DNA of 34,746 nucleotides, from contig JACRCW010000121.1 in assembly GCA_016218805.1 (NCBI GenBank), forward strand, positions 1 to 34,746, in the 5' to 3' direction. The number at the start of each line of letters is the position of its first letter. The stretch's first letter is position 1. The stretch is from Deltaproteobacteria bacterium (GTDB lineage: Bacteria > Myxococcota > JACRCW01). The position numbers and the translations under genes are program-made. Positions 16,910-25,856 of the stretch are shown here, piece after piece. The notes under the pieces were generated by a model, which was not told the DNA's origin, searched no databases, and saw only the letters and a program-made list of their open reading frames with translations.

Positions 16910-19582
16910 TCAACCGGGTTTCTCCTTCAGCACCCCGCGAATGAGCGCCTTGAGGTCATCCGCGTCCACCGGCTTGTGCAGGCGCTTGTGGGGGACCCGC
17001 TCCAGGAAGGCCGCGGCGCGGGGCGTGAACGCTCCACCCGTCATGAAGATCATCTTCGCGGCGTGCTCCGGAAAACGCTGCACCAGCGCTTCGTACAGCT
17101 CCTCGCCTGACATCTCCGGCATCATCACGTCGCACAGGATGAGATCAAAGGGCTCTTCCTCCAGCCGCGCCAGCGCCTCTGCGCCGCTGGCCACCGGGAC
17201 CACGTCGTGCTCGTCCGCCAGCGTGCGGCGGGTGGCGGCGCCCACCAGCGGCTCGTCATCCACCACCAGGATCCGCCCGCGCCGTCCGGGCGCTCCCCCC
17301 GCAGTGACCGCGCTCACGGGCGCCGTGGCCGGTGCCGCCGCGCCGGCCGGCGGCAGGACCAGGCGGAAGGTGGTGCCGTGCCCCGGTGCGCTGGTGAACG
17401 AAATGTCACCACCCAGGCCCAGCAGCGTGGCGCGGCAGATGGAGAGGCCCAGCCCCGTGCCCTGGCCCACTGGCTTGGTGGTGAAGAACGGGTCAAACAC
17501 CCGCGTTTGCAGTTCAGCAGGAATGCCCGCGCCGGTGTCTGAGATTTCAATCACCGCATTGCCACCGTCATCCGCAAAGGTGCGCACCGTGACCAGGTTG
17601 GAGTCCGCCGCGCCCTCCGGGATGGCCTGCGCCGCGTTGAGCAGGACGGCCAGGAACACCTGGCTGAGGCGTGCCTCGTCCGCCTCCACCTCCGGCGGGG
17701 CGCCAAACGCCTTCATGACGCGCGCCCGGTGCCGGATTTCGTTGCCGGCGATCCGCAGCGCCACCTCCAGCAGCGCGTGGACGGACAGCGGTTCGCGGTG
17801 CTCATCCGTCTCCTGGTGCGCCAGGGTCCGCAGGTCCTGCACAATGGTGCGCACGCGCTCCGCGCCAGCCAGCGCGTCCCGCAGCGCATCCTCCACGTCA
17901 CGCAGCCGCGCGGGGCCCAGCGCCTCCGCGGCGGCGGGATGGCCTGCCAGCCGGCGGACCTCCGCCCCCACGTGGTCCAGGTTGGCCAGCACAAACGACA
18001 GCGGGTTGTTGACCTCATGGGCCACGCCGCCCGCCAGCGTCCCCGCGGTCAGCATCCGGTCCATTTGCATGGCCCGGGCCGCCAGCTGCCGCTGTGCGGA
18101 CACGTCCCGCATCACGCCAATGAACATGCGGCGGTCGGAGCGGCGCTCCTCGCTGATGGTGCACTCCACGGGGAACACCGTTGCATTGCGGTGCAACGCC
18201 GTGAGCGTCTGCACACGGCCCAGCATGTTGGACGTCCCGGTGGCCAGGTATCGCGCAAACCCAATGCTGTGCCGGTCGCGCATGTCGCGCGGGATCAGCG
18301 TGGTCAGCGGCAGCCCGGTGATCTCGGCCAGCGCCCAACCAAACATCGTCTCCGCGGCGGGGTTCACATACGTGACCAGCCCCTGCGCATCCGCCAGGAC
18401 GATGGCGTCCGTGGTGTGGTCCACCACCGCGCGGAAGCGCTGCTCCGACGCCCGCACCTCCGCCGCCAGCCGCTCCTCCTCCGCCACGTCTTCCATCACC
18501 AGCAGCAGTTGTCCGTGCTCGCAGCCCCGCATGGGCGTGACTGCCACCCGGCACGCCCGCGGCGCCGCGCCCAGGGCCTCCCAGGTCACCAGCAGCCCGT
18601 GGCGCGTGGCCTGGTGGGACAGCGCGTCCCGGCAGGCGGCCTCCAGCACCTCCACGCCGCGGGCCAGTTCAGCCAGCCGGCGCCCCGCCAGGCGCTCCGC
18701 GGGGGCCCCCGCCATGTCCTCAAACACGGGATTGGCGGCCAGGATGCGGAGTTCAGCATCCAGCGTCACCAGCCCGGAGGGGACGGTGTCCAGGATGGCC
18801 TGGACCTCCCGCCGCCGGTGCTCCAGCGATCCCAGCAGCTCCTGTATCGTCGTCGCCAGCTCATTGAAGGCCAACGCCAGTTCGGCCACCTCACGGGGGC
18901 CGCCCACCGCGGCGCGCGCCGCACGGTCACCGGACCGCAGGCGCACCACCGCGCTGACCAGTTCAGTCAGCGGGCGCGCCGCGTAGCGCCGCGCCAGCAG
19001 CACACCGGCCAGCAGGCAGAGCGCGGCCAGCGCCGAAACGCCCACGCTCCACGCCTCCAGCGTGCGCCGGCGGCCGCGGGCCTCCTCCACCAGCGCCTGC
19101 ACCACGGCGTCACTGTCCGCGGCCAGGCGCGGCAGCTCCGCGTGCAGGCGCGCCGCACCGCGCTCCACCGGAACACCCAGGCCCAGATTGACGATCTCAC
19201 CCCGGAGATCCACCCAGCGCGTGTTCACGGCGGCCAGCGCCGGCCGGGCCGTGGCGGGAGGTGGCGGCAGGGTGTGCCCCCGGTAGGTTCCGCCCGCCTG
19301 GAGCAGCCGCAGCGCGTCCCCAAACTCGCGCTCCCGCGCGCGCAGCTCGGCCTGGTCCTCGGCACGGCCTTCCGCGGCGCCGGCCGCATGGCTGTGGAGC
19401 TCCGCGGCCAGAAAGCGCTGGCGCCCCGCCAGGTCCAGGACGTGCGGCTCGGTTTCCGCCGCGTTCACAAAGGACAGCAGCGCCGTGAACCCAACCCAGG
19501 TGGCCGCAACCGGAACACCCAGCAGCATGGTGACAACAGCGACCAGCCGCGGGCGCGCACCACCCGCACGCGCACCCGTCAC
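16910..19582 (-). CDS. Hybrid histidine kinase: PilJ/NarX-like sensor, HAMP, two PAS, HisKA, HATPase, REC
   Basis: LDLAGRQRFL, PLTELV...EVAELALAFNEL (HAMP), two PAS (ANP, VNPAAETMFGW), AHEVNNPL, DTGAG, GTGLGL, LVVDDE/CDVMMP. Start uncertain (19529-19675). Confidence 0.92.
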   Translation of the reverse strand: MTGARAGGARPRLVAVVTMLLGVPVAATWVGFTALLSFVNAAETEPHVLDLAGRQRFLAAELHSHAAGAAEGRAEDQAELRAREREFGDALRLLQAGGTYRGHTLPPPPATARPALAAVNTRWVDLRGEIVNLGLGVPVERGAARLHAELPRLAADSDAVVQALVEEARGRRRTLEAWSVGVSALAALCLLAGVLLARRYAARPLTELVSAVVRLRSGDRAARAAVGGPREVAELALAFNELATTIQELLGSLEHRRREVQAILDTVPSGLVTLDAELRILAANPVFEDMAGAPAERLAGRRLAELARGVEVLEAACRDALSHQATRHGLLVTWEALGAAPRACRVAVTPMRGCEHGQLLLVMEDVAEEERLAAEVRASEQRFRAVVDHTTDAIVLADAQGLVTYVNPAAETMFGWALAEITGLPLTTLIPRDMRDRHSIGFARYLATGTSNMLGRVQTLTALHRNATVFPVECTISEERRSDRRMFIGVMRDVSAQRQLAARAMQMDRMLTAGTLAGGVAHEVNNPLSFVLANLDHVGAEVRRLAGHPAAAEALGPARLRDVEDALRDALAGAERVRTIVQDLRTLAHQETDEHREPLSVHALLEVALRIAGNEIRHRARVMKAFGAPPEVEADEARLSQVFLAVLLNAAQAIPEGAADSNLVTVRTFADDGGNAVIEISDTGAGIPAELQTRVFDPFFTTKPVGQGTGLGLSICRATLLGLGGDISFTSAPGHGTTFRLVLPPAGAAAPATAPVSAVTAGGAPGRRGRILVVDDEPLVGAATRRTLADEHDVVPVASGAEALARLEEEPFDLILCDVMMPEMSGEELYEALVQRFPEHAAKMIFMTGGAFTPRAAAFLERVPHKRLHKPVDADDLKALIRGVLKEKPG

Positions 19583-19735
19583 GGCGGCACCCCGTGCGGC
19601 CGCGCACGTGCGCCGGGCGGGAGAGCAAAGCGCGCGCCGCTGCGGCGTGGCCCGTGGCGTGTCATTCCGCGGCATGAAGCCACGGAGTGCCCCGCGCCTG
19701 CAACGGCGCCCGTGGGCCGCCGGTGTGAGGTCTGC

Positions 19736-20791
19736 TCAGGGCCAGCTGCGCTCACCCCGGGCCCCGGTCCACCACTCCTCCCAGGCCGCGGCGCAGGCGC
19801 GGCGCTCCACGCGCGTGGCTGACGCGGGCAGCGCGTGGTTGACGCCGGTGATGGCGTGCAGATCCCGGACGGCCTCCCGGGCCAGCTCCCCGTCGTCGCG
19901 GTCCACCGCTTCCATGAGCCACTCAGTGCGGCACGCCGTCTCATGCGCTTCCCACCAGCGCGTCCAGGCGCGCCGTGACCGGCCGGGGCGCTGCCGCGTG
20001 ATGGCCACCAGCGTGTGCTGCGCTTCCTCATCCAGCGGACCACCCAGCAGCCGGATCAGCGGCAGCACAAACAGCCGGTGGGGCAGCATGGCGGCCGCGC
20101 GCATGGCGCCGCGCGCCTGTTCTTCAGTGCCCGCCACCAGCGCGCGCCGCAGCTGGTCCGCCACGTCCGCGGCCGCGGGTGTCTGCAGGTCCGCGCCCAG
20201 CAGGCGGCGCAGCACGGACGCCGCCGTGTAGGCAACGCGCGGATCGGCATCCATCACGCGTTGCACCAGCAGCGAGGGCACGCCGCCCGCGCGCGTGCGC
20301 TCCGCCAGCAGCACGGCGACCAGGCGGGCTTCACGCGTGGGCTTGGAAAGGCCGTGCGCCGCGCCCACGGCCACGGCGTCCGGGCCCAAACGGCCCAGCG
20401 CCTTGGCCACCAGGCTCAGGTCCGCGGCCGTCCAGGGCGGGGCGTCATGTTCAAACGGGTCCTGCAGCAGCGGCCCGGGGAACGCGCGCAGCAGCGCCAC
20501 CACCGCGGGACCGCGGCGCAGGGTGAACAGGTCCAGGGCCGCGTCAAACGCCAGCGTTCCCGCCACCAGCCGCTCCACCACGCGCGTCAGCGTGGCGTCC
20601 GGCGCCAGGGACTCCAGCTGGCGGGCAAGCCGCGCCAGCATGGGGCCGTCCGCCGTGGCGGCGCGTTCCAGCAGCGCCTGCGCTTCCGGGGGACCAGAGG
20701 TGGGGGCGCGCCGCACCGGGAGCACCGGCGGCAGGCCCCAGCTTGCGGGGGGACCGTTGGGCGAGTCGCGCAGGGGAACGTAGGTGGTCAC
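19736..20791 (-). CDS. HEAT-repeat-like hypothetical protein
   Basis: DADPRVAYTAASVLRRL, LIRLLG, AQHTLVAITRQ...WTRWW, REAVRDLHAITG...WEEWW; start uncertain. Confidence 0.65.
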   Translation of the reverse strand: MTTYVPLRDSPNGPPASWGLPPVLPVRRAPTSGPPEAQALLERAATADGPMLARLARQLESLAPDATLTRVVERLVAGTLAFDAALDLFTLRRGPAVVALLRAFPGPLLQDPFEHDAPPWTAADLSLVAKALGRLGPDAVAVGAAHGLSKPTREARLVAVLLAERTRAGGVPSLLVQRVMDADPRVAYTAASVLRRLLGADLQTPAAADVADQLRRALVAGTEEQARGAMRAAAMLPHRLFVLPLIRLLGGPLDEEAQHTLVAITRQRPGRSRRAWTRWWEAHETACRTEWLMEAVDRDDGELAREAVRDLHAITGVNHALPASATRVERRACAAAWEEWWTGARGERSWP

Positions 20792-20948
20792 GACCCTTCT
20801 GTCGGCACGTCCGGCCGCATCCGAAAGGGGCCGCTCCGGTCCGGCTTCCGCCTTACTGATCACGGCCCGCGTGCCGACCCGGAGCCCGTGGGCAGTCGTC
20901 GCCAAACCGGCGGCGGGCCCGGAAGGGAACCTGGCAAACATGACCTCA

Positions 20949-22463
20949 ATGACGGCTAGGAACCAGCTGGTTGGGTTGGCGCTTCTGGTGTCCGGCGCGG
21001 CGTGCGGGCCGGTGGATGAGGACCAAGCGGATGCCGGGGTGGCCTCTGTCCCGACCGATGGCGCCATTGCCCCGGACCTGGATGAACAGGGGGCGCGGGC
21101 CTCCAAGCCGCGCGCAGTCCGTCCCCGGCGCGGCGGCGGCGGCAGTTCCGCCGCCGCCGGCGTGTCCTCATCCGCCGCCTCCGGATCATCCGGCGCCGCT
21201 GCGTCCGCCTCCGCGGCAGAGGCATCTTCCTATGCAGCCGCCAGCGCCAGCGCCGGGATGCCCCTGAGCACGGGTGGGAGCCTGTCGCTGATGTCATCCA
21301 GCGCGCCAGCCACCTCCGCCCACTCCTGCGTGGCGCTGGCGGTGTGCGCCCCCGGAACGTGCGGCACGTTCATTGGCGCGTGCGGCGAAGTGCTGGAATG
21401 CGGCGGCTGCCCGTGGCCGCAGACCTGCGGGGCGGTGTCCCCCGGTGCGTGCGGCGGCGGCGGTGTCATCACCCTGCAATTCTCCGAAGTGGCGCGCCTC
21501 CCGCTGGGGCTGGACCCGCGCGGGTTGGCGCTGCTGGAGCGCACGGACACGCAGACGCGCGTGGTCACCACGCAATCCGGTGCCGGCGATATTGCGACGA
21601 TCCAGATTGCACTGGACGGGTCCGCGCTGTTGCAGGGGACGGTGCCCAGTCCCGGCCTGCCGCTGGCCGCCGCGTCGTCTTCCGGGACGCTGCTGGTGGC
21701 GCGCGCCAACCAGGGCGCCGTGGCGCGGCACGCCGCGTTTGCCACGCAGCCGGACGCCCAGCCGGCGCTGGTGGCAACGGCCGGCGGGCCGCGGTTTGTG
21801 GAGGTGGCGGACCTGGATCATGACGGAGACCTGGACGCGGTGGTGGCGCATGACAGCGGCGTGCTGGCTGCCGTGTGGAACGTGGAATCCGCCGCACCGG
21901 TGGTGGAACGCCTTGCCGAGGAGTGGGGCCGGCTGGGCGGCCTCACCATCGCGGACGTGGACGCGGATGGCCTGTTGGATGTGGCGTATTCGCTGCCGGA
22001 CTTTGACAAGGTGCGCGTGTGGCACGGCGCCGCCGGGCACGCCATCACGGATGTTCCCGTCCGGTATGACCCGGGCTGCCTCCTGCTGGCGGACCTGGAT
22101 GACGACGGGCACGTGGACCTCACGGTGATCCACGCGTTCTACAGCACGCTGGCGGTGTACCCGGGCGCGGCGGGTGGAAGCTTCGGCGAGCCCACGCTCC
22201 TGGGCAGCGGCTCCGTCCCGCTGGCGCTGGTGGCGGGGGACTGGGACGCGGATGGGCGGCGGGACCTGGCGTTCACGGACGCCGCGGGCAACCTGACCGT
22301 CCGGAGCCCCGCGCTGACGGCGGAGCGCACCGCCAGCCCGCGGGTGGGCACGCAGCCGGTGGCGCTGCTGTCCGTGGACATCAACCGTGACGGCGCTGCG
22401 GACCTGGTGGTCCTCAATGGCATCGGCGCGGACCTGGTGGTGCTGCAGAACACCAGCCACTGA
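20949..22463 (+). CDS. FG-GAP/VCBS repeat lipoprotein with Ser/Ala linker and Cys-rich module
   Basis: Lipobox GAAC; DLDHDGDLD, DVDADGLLD, DLDDDGHVD, DWDADGRRD, DINRDGAAD; CGTFIGACGEVLECGGC. Confidence 0.88.
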   Translation: MTARNQLVGLALLVSGAACGPVDEDQADAGVASVPTDGAIAPDLDEQGARASKPRAVRPRRGGGGSSAAAGVSSSAASGSSGAAASASAAEASSYAAASASAGMPLSTGGSLSLMSSSAPATSAHSCVALAVCAPGTCGTFIGACGEVLECGGCPWPQTCGAVSPGACGGGGVITLQFSEVARLPLGLDPRGLALLERTDTQTRVVTTQSGAGDIATIQIALDGSALLQGTVPSPGLPLAAASSSGTLLVARANQGAVARHAAFATQPDAQPALVATAGGPRFVEVADLDHDGDLDAVVAHDSGVLAAVWNVESAAPVVERLAEEWGRLGGLTIADVDADGLLDVAYSLPDFDKVRVWHGAAGHAITDVPVRYDPGCLLLADLDDDGHVDLTVIHAFYSTLAVYPGAAGGSFGEPTLLGSGSVPLALVAGDWDADGRRDLAFTDAAGNLTVRSPALTAERTASPRVGTQPVALLSVDINRDGAADLVVLNGIGADLVVLQNTSH

Positions 22464-22505
22464 CCCGCATGAAGCGTGCCCCGCCGCGTGCTACGCACCC
22501 GGGGC

Positions 22506-23114
22506 ATGCCTTCCGCGGAAACCCCCATCGACCCGATTCGTGCGGTCACCGAGCTGCTGGCGCGCCTGCCCGGCGTGGGTGAGCGCACGGCGCAGCGGCT
22601 GACCTTCCACCTGCTGCGGCAGGATGCGGCGTACACCGCGGCGCTGGCCGCGGCGCTCACCCAGCTGACGCGGGACGTGGCGCTGTGCGCGCGTTGCCAT
22701 GACTTCACGGCGGGCGGCACCTGCGCCATCTGCCGGGATGCGCGCCGGGACCAGGCGCTGGTGTGCGTGGTGGCCACGCCGCAGGACCTGCACGCCGTGG
22801 AGGCCACGGGCGAATACCGCGGGCTGTACCACGTGCTGGGCGGCCTGCTGTCACCGCTGGAGGGCGTGGGGCCGGACAACCTGCGCGTGCGCGAGCTCGT
22901 TGTGCGGTTGGGCGAGTCCGCCCCGCGCGAGGTGATCCTGGCCCTGCGTCCGTCAGTGGAGGGCGAGTCCACCTCGTTCTACCTGCAGAAACTGCTCAAG
23001 CCGCTGGGCGTGGCGGTGACGGTGATCGCCTCGGGCGTGCCCATGGGTGGGGAGATTGAGTACGCGGACCGGATGACACTGGCGCGCGCGCTGACCGGGC
23101 GCCGCCCGGCGTGA
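22506..23114 (+). CDS. recR: Recombination mediator RecR
   Basis: HhH LPGVGERTAQRL, C4 zinc finger CARC...CAIC, Toprim YHVLGGLLSPLEGVGP, EVILA..SVEGEST, GVPMGGEIEYAD. Confidence 0.96.
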   Translation: MPSAETPIDPIRAVTELLARLPGVGERTAQRLTFHLLRQDAAYTAALAAALTQLTRDVALCARCHDFTAGGTCAICRDARRDQALVCVVATPQDLHAVEATGEYRGLYHVLGGLLSPLEGVGPDNLRVRELVVRLGESAPREVILALRPSVEGESTSFYLQKLLKPLGVAVTVIASGVPMGGEIEYADRMTLARALTGRRPA

Positions 23115-23121
23115 GACGGGG

Positions 23122-23721
23122 TCAGTCCTCGGCGGCAAACAGGTCGGACACCGGGACCTCAAGGGGCCACGCGGCTGACCGCGCCAACGTGCCGCGTCCA
23201 AACTCTCCGTGCTCCCGGTAGTCCGCGCCGTCCAGCGTGAGGACACAGACCCGCTCCTGTTGCGGGTCGACAATCCAGTATTCCGGGATGCCGGCGGCGG
23301 CGTAGTCGGCACGCTTGGTGACCCAGTCCCGCTGCGGGTCATCTGGACTGACCACCTCCATGACCAGGTCTGCGCCCGTCCAGTACTCGGGTCCGCGCCG
23401 CGGATCGTGGCGCGAACGGAGGGCGAGAACGTCCGGCTCGCGGAACCGACCCGAGCGCAGGCGCAGCCGAAGCGGGGCGAAGAAGGTGATGCCCTCGCGT
23501 CCAAGGAACGCACGCAACAGGGAGTGGAAGTACCGCACAATGGCCTGGTGCTTCTCGGTGGGCGTGGCACCAAACTCCAGGACGCCGTCATCCAGCTCCA
23601 CGAGGCGGTTGGTGTTACCACTGAGCCAGAGGTAGGCGCCGTCCGACCACTGCCCCTGGGCGGGCAGCACATCCAGCAGGTGCTGGCTCCAGCCGGGTTG
23701 GGCCGGCAGCGGGTTTCCCAT
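23122..23721 (-). CDS. Uma2 family (DUF820) PD-(D/E)XK endonuclease-like protein
   Basis: VELDDG, HQ, REPDV, LVMEVVSP, RDWVTKRADYAAAGIPEYWIVDP; AGGAGG RBS. Confidence 0.92.
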   Translation of the reverse strand: MGNPLPAQPGWSQHLLDVLPAQGQWSDGAYLWLSGNTNRLVELDDGVLEFGATPTEKHQAIVRYFHSLLRAFLGREGITFFAPLRLRLRSGRFREPDVLALRSRHDPRRGPEYWTGADLVMEVVSPDDPQRDWVTKRADYAAAGIPEYWIVDPQQERVCVLTLDGADYREHGEFGRGTLARSAAWPLEVPVSDLFAAED

Positions 23722-23786
23722 GGAACAACCTCCTGGAGAATCGTAGGAAGACACGGCGGGGCCTTCAAGCCCGCAAGGAGGACGCC

Positions 23787-24272
23787 ATGCAGGGACTGGA
23801 CACGGAGGCGAAGGTGCTGCTGGGCGCCGCGCGCTTCGCCGTGCTGTCGACTTGGTCGGTGCAGGAGCCGGGCTACCCGTTTGGAAGCGTGGTGCCGTTT
23901 TTGGCGCTGCCGGACGGGCGCGTGCTGTTGCTCATCAGCGGACTGGCGATGCACACCAAGAACCTGGCCGCGGACGGGCGGTGCAGTCTGATGGTGTTGG
24001 CAGGGGGCGCGGGGCTGGACCTGCAGGAGCAGGGCCGGCTCACGCTGGTGTGTGACGCGGTGAAGCTGCCGGATGCCGACGTGCAGGTGCACAAGGGGGC
24101 ATGGATGGCGCGGCACGCCGGGCAGGAGCGCGTGGTGGCGCTGGGGGACTTCCGGTTCTGGGCGCTGACGGCGCGGCAGAGCCGAATGGTGGCGGGGTTT
24201 GGAAAGATGGGTTGGCTGCCGGGGACGGATTGGCTGAAGGCGCCCGTCGTCACGGAGCCTGACCGGGGCTGA
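23787..24272 (+). CDS. Pyridoxamine 5'-phosphate oxidase-like split-barrel protein (HugZ/CREG-like)
   Basis: VLSTWS..GYPFGSVV, ISGLAMHTKNLAADGRCSL, GRLTL, GDFRF, VAGFG; GGAGG RBS. Confidence 0.85.
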   Translation: MQGLDTEAKVLLGAARFAVLSTWSVQEPGYPFGSVVPFLALPDGRVLLLISGLAMHTKNLAADGRCSLMVLAGGAGLDLQEQGRLTLVCDAVKLPDADVQVHKGAWMARHAGQERVVALGDFRFWALTARQSRMVAGFGKMGWLPGTDWLKAPVVTEPDRG

Positions 24273-24284
24273 CCGGGAAGCAGG

Positions 24285-24696
24285 TCACTGCGGCGTGAAC
24301 TTCGCGCTGACGTGAAAGACGAGCCGGTCGGTGTCGGTGGCCACCCTTGCGGAGGAGGTGGCGCCGTCCACGGCCAGTTTGAGTGTGTAACGTCCCTGGG
24401 CACCCGGAATGGTCACGGTGACGGGGTCCACGCAGCCCGGGCAGGGATGGAAGACAGGTGTGACGTTGGCGCCCTCCAACGTGGCCGAGAATGTCTCCGG
24501 CTTGATGGGTGGCACCGTAGAGCACGACAAGGTGGATTGGGTTGGAGGTGGGCGCCAGGTAGCGCAGGAAGACGTTGACCTCAGCGGGGCTCTGTCCGCC
24601 ACCGGCGAAGGGATTGGCCAGCGTGCCGGGGTACGTGATGGGATCCACCGGGCCAAGGACGTCACGGACTTGGTCGATTTGGAGACGGCTCGTCAC
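24285..24696 (-). pseudogene. Frameshifted remnant of a beta-rich (probably secreted) protein C-terminal domain
   Basis: Two overlapping minus-strand ORFs join into one coherent sequence if one C is removed at ~24507 (CTC TAC GGT GCC ACC [C] ATC AAG). Confidence 0.55.
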
Positions 24697-24959
24697 GTGC
24701 TGTTTGCGTCCGTGGGTCCCAGTCAGGCCTGAGTCCTACTTGGCGCGCTCCGGGCGGGTTCGGGCTTGTCATGCGAATGGTCACCGCCTCACCCGGCAGG
24801 AGCGGCGGGTTCCGATGGGGACACCAATCTGAGTCGAAGACGACGTTCATGGGGCCCAGACGGGTCGCCTGAGCGAGGAGGCCGAGGTGGTGTGCAGCAA
24901 GTTGGCGGAACCTACGCGAGTCGCCGGCCACCCGCAGGGGCCATGCGATTTCGACAGGT

Positions 24960-25856
24960 TCACGCGCAGGTCCAGCCTTGGTCGTTCAGCTTGGCTTGGT
25001 CCTGTCCCCGGTGGTGGATGCTTCCGGGGGTGCCCTCATCTGGCGGGCCACCGAAGGCCACGACGTTGATGTGCTTATCGCCGATCCGCTCCAGGAGTTG
25101 CATCTTCGAGATGAACACGTCCCAATGGTATCCAGCGCCGCCGGGGATGTTGGGTCGGGTCCAGGCGTTGTCCAGGCCATCGACGAACGACGGTTTTCCG
25201 GAACGCGTCTGCACGGCAGCTGTGGCGCCCTTCCACCACTCCGGTGGAGGACAGAACGGATAGCGCGCAGCATCCTCGCATGCCGGCAGGCGCCAGTCGA
25301 ACCGAGCGGTCCACGGAAGCTGAACGTGCCGCGGACGCGCGACGCAGGGAACGGGAACATGGCGGGAAGTTCCTGGTTGGACATAGAGGCGCCACCGCGT
25401 GACTTCATCGATCACGATGTTCCCCGTCTGGTGGCGGCGGATGTTCCTGCCCACCACGGGGCGCGCTATCAACACAATGGGTTCGTTCAAGCTCGCCAAA
25501 CGAAGCACTGACCTCGACATCCTGTCTACCCAAGCCGATGTTGAGAACAAGGCCGCGCAATCGAACATGAGACGAAAGCCCCAGACGCGCGTCACGTCCG
25601 TCAGGGGGGTGATGTGCCTCTGCAAAGCTCGCTTGCGCAACTCGGTAAGCCATGGCCGCACCTCTGGATACCGGTGCTCAATTGGGCGGATCAACTCCAT
25701 CCAAAGCGGTCGCCAGTAATCCTCCACTGCGACCAACTGAGCCTGTGTTTCCTTGAGAAACTCCAGAATCAGCCCAACATCGTGCTGGACCGCGGTTGCG
25801 CGGTCTGGACCATCTGTGCGTGCGGCGAAGAACGCCGGATCGATCAGTGCGATCAC
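24960..25856 (-). CDS. Hypothetical protein with C-terminal Ntox17-like putative RNase domain
   Basis: GTG start overlaps the ATPase TGA (GTGA); C-terminal LP...RYPFCPPPEW...FVDGLDNAW...HWDV...HINV...SIHH. Confidence 0.7.
   Translation of the reverse strand: MIALIDPAFFAARTDGPDRATAVQHDVGLILEFLKETQAQLVAVEDYWRPLWMELIRPIEHRYPEVRPWLTELRKRALQRHITPLTDVTRVWGFRLMFDCAALFSTSAWVDRMSRSVLRLASLNEPIVLIARPVVGRNIRRHQTGNIVIDEVTRWRLYVQPGTSRHVPVPCVARPRHVQLPWTARFDWRLPACEDAARYPFCPPPEWWKGATAAVQTRSGKPSFVDGLDNAWTRPNIPGGAGYHWDVFISKMQLLERIGDKHINVVAFGGPPDEGTPGSIHHRGQDQAKLNDQGWTCA

Noticed and set aside
16746..18986. Long + strand ORF (746 aa) and similar antisense ORFs (1307-2896, 2904-4277, 6834-9155, 30352-33129)
   Set aside because: Shadow ORFs opposite well-supported genes, expected in high-GC DNA
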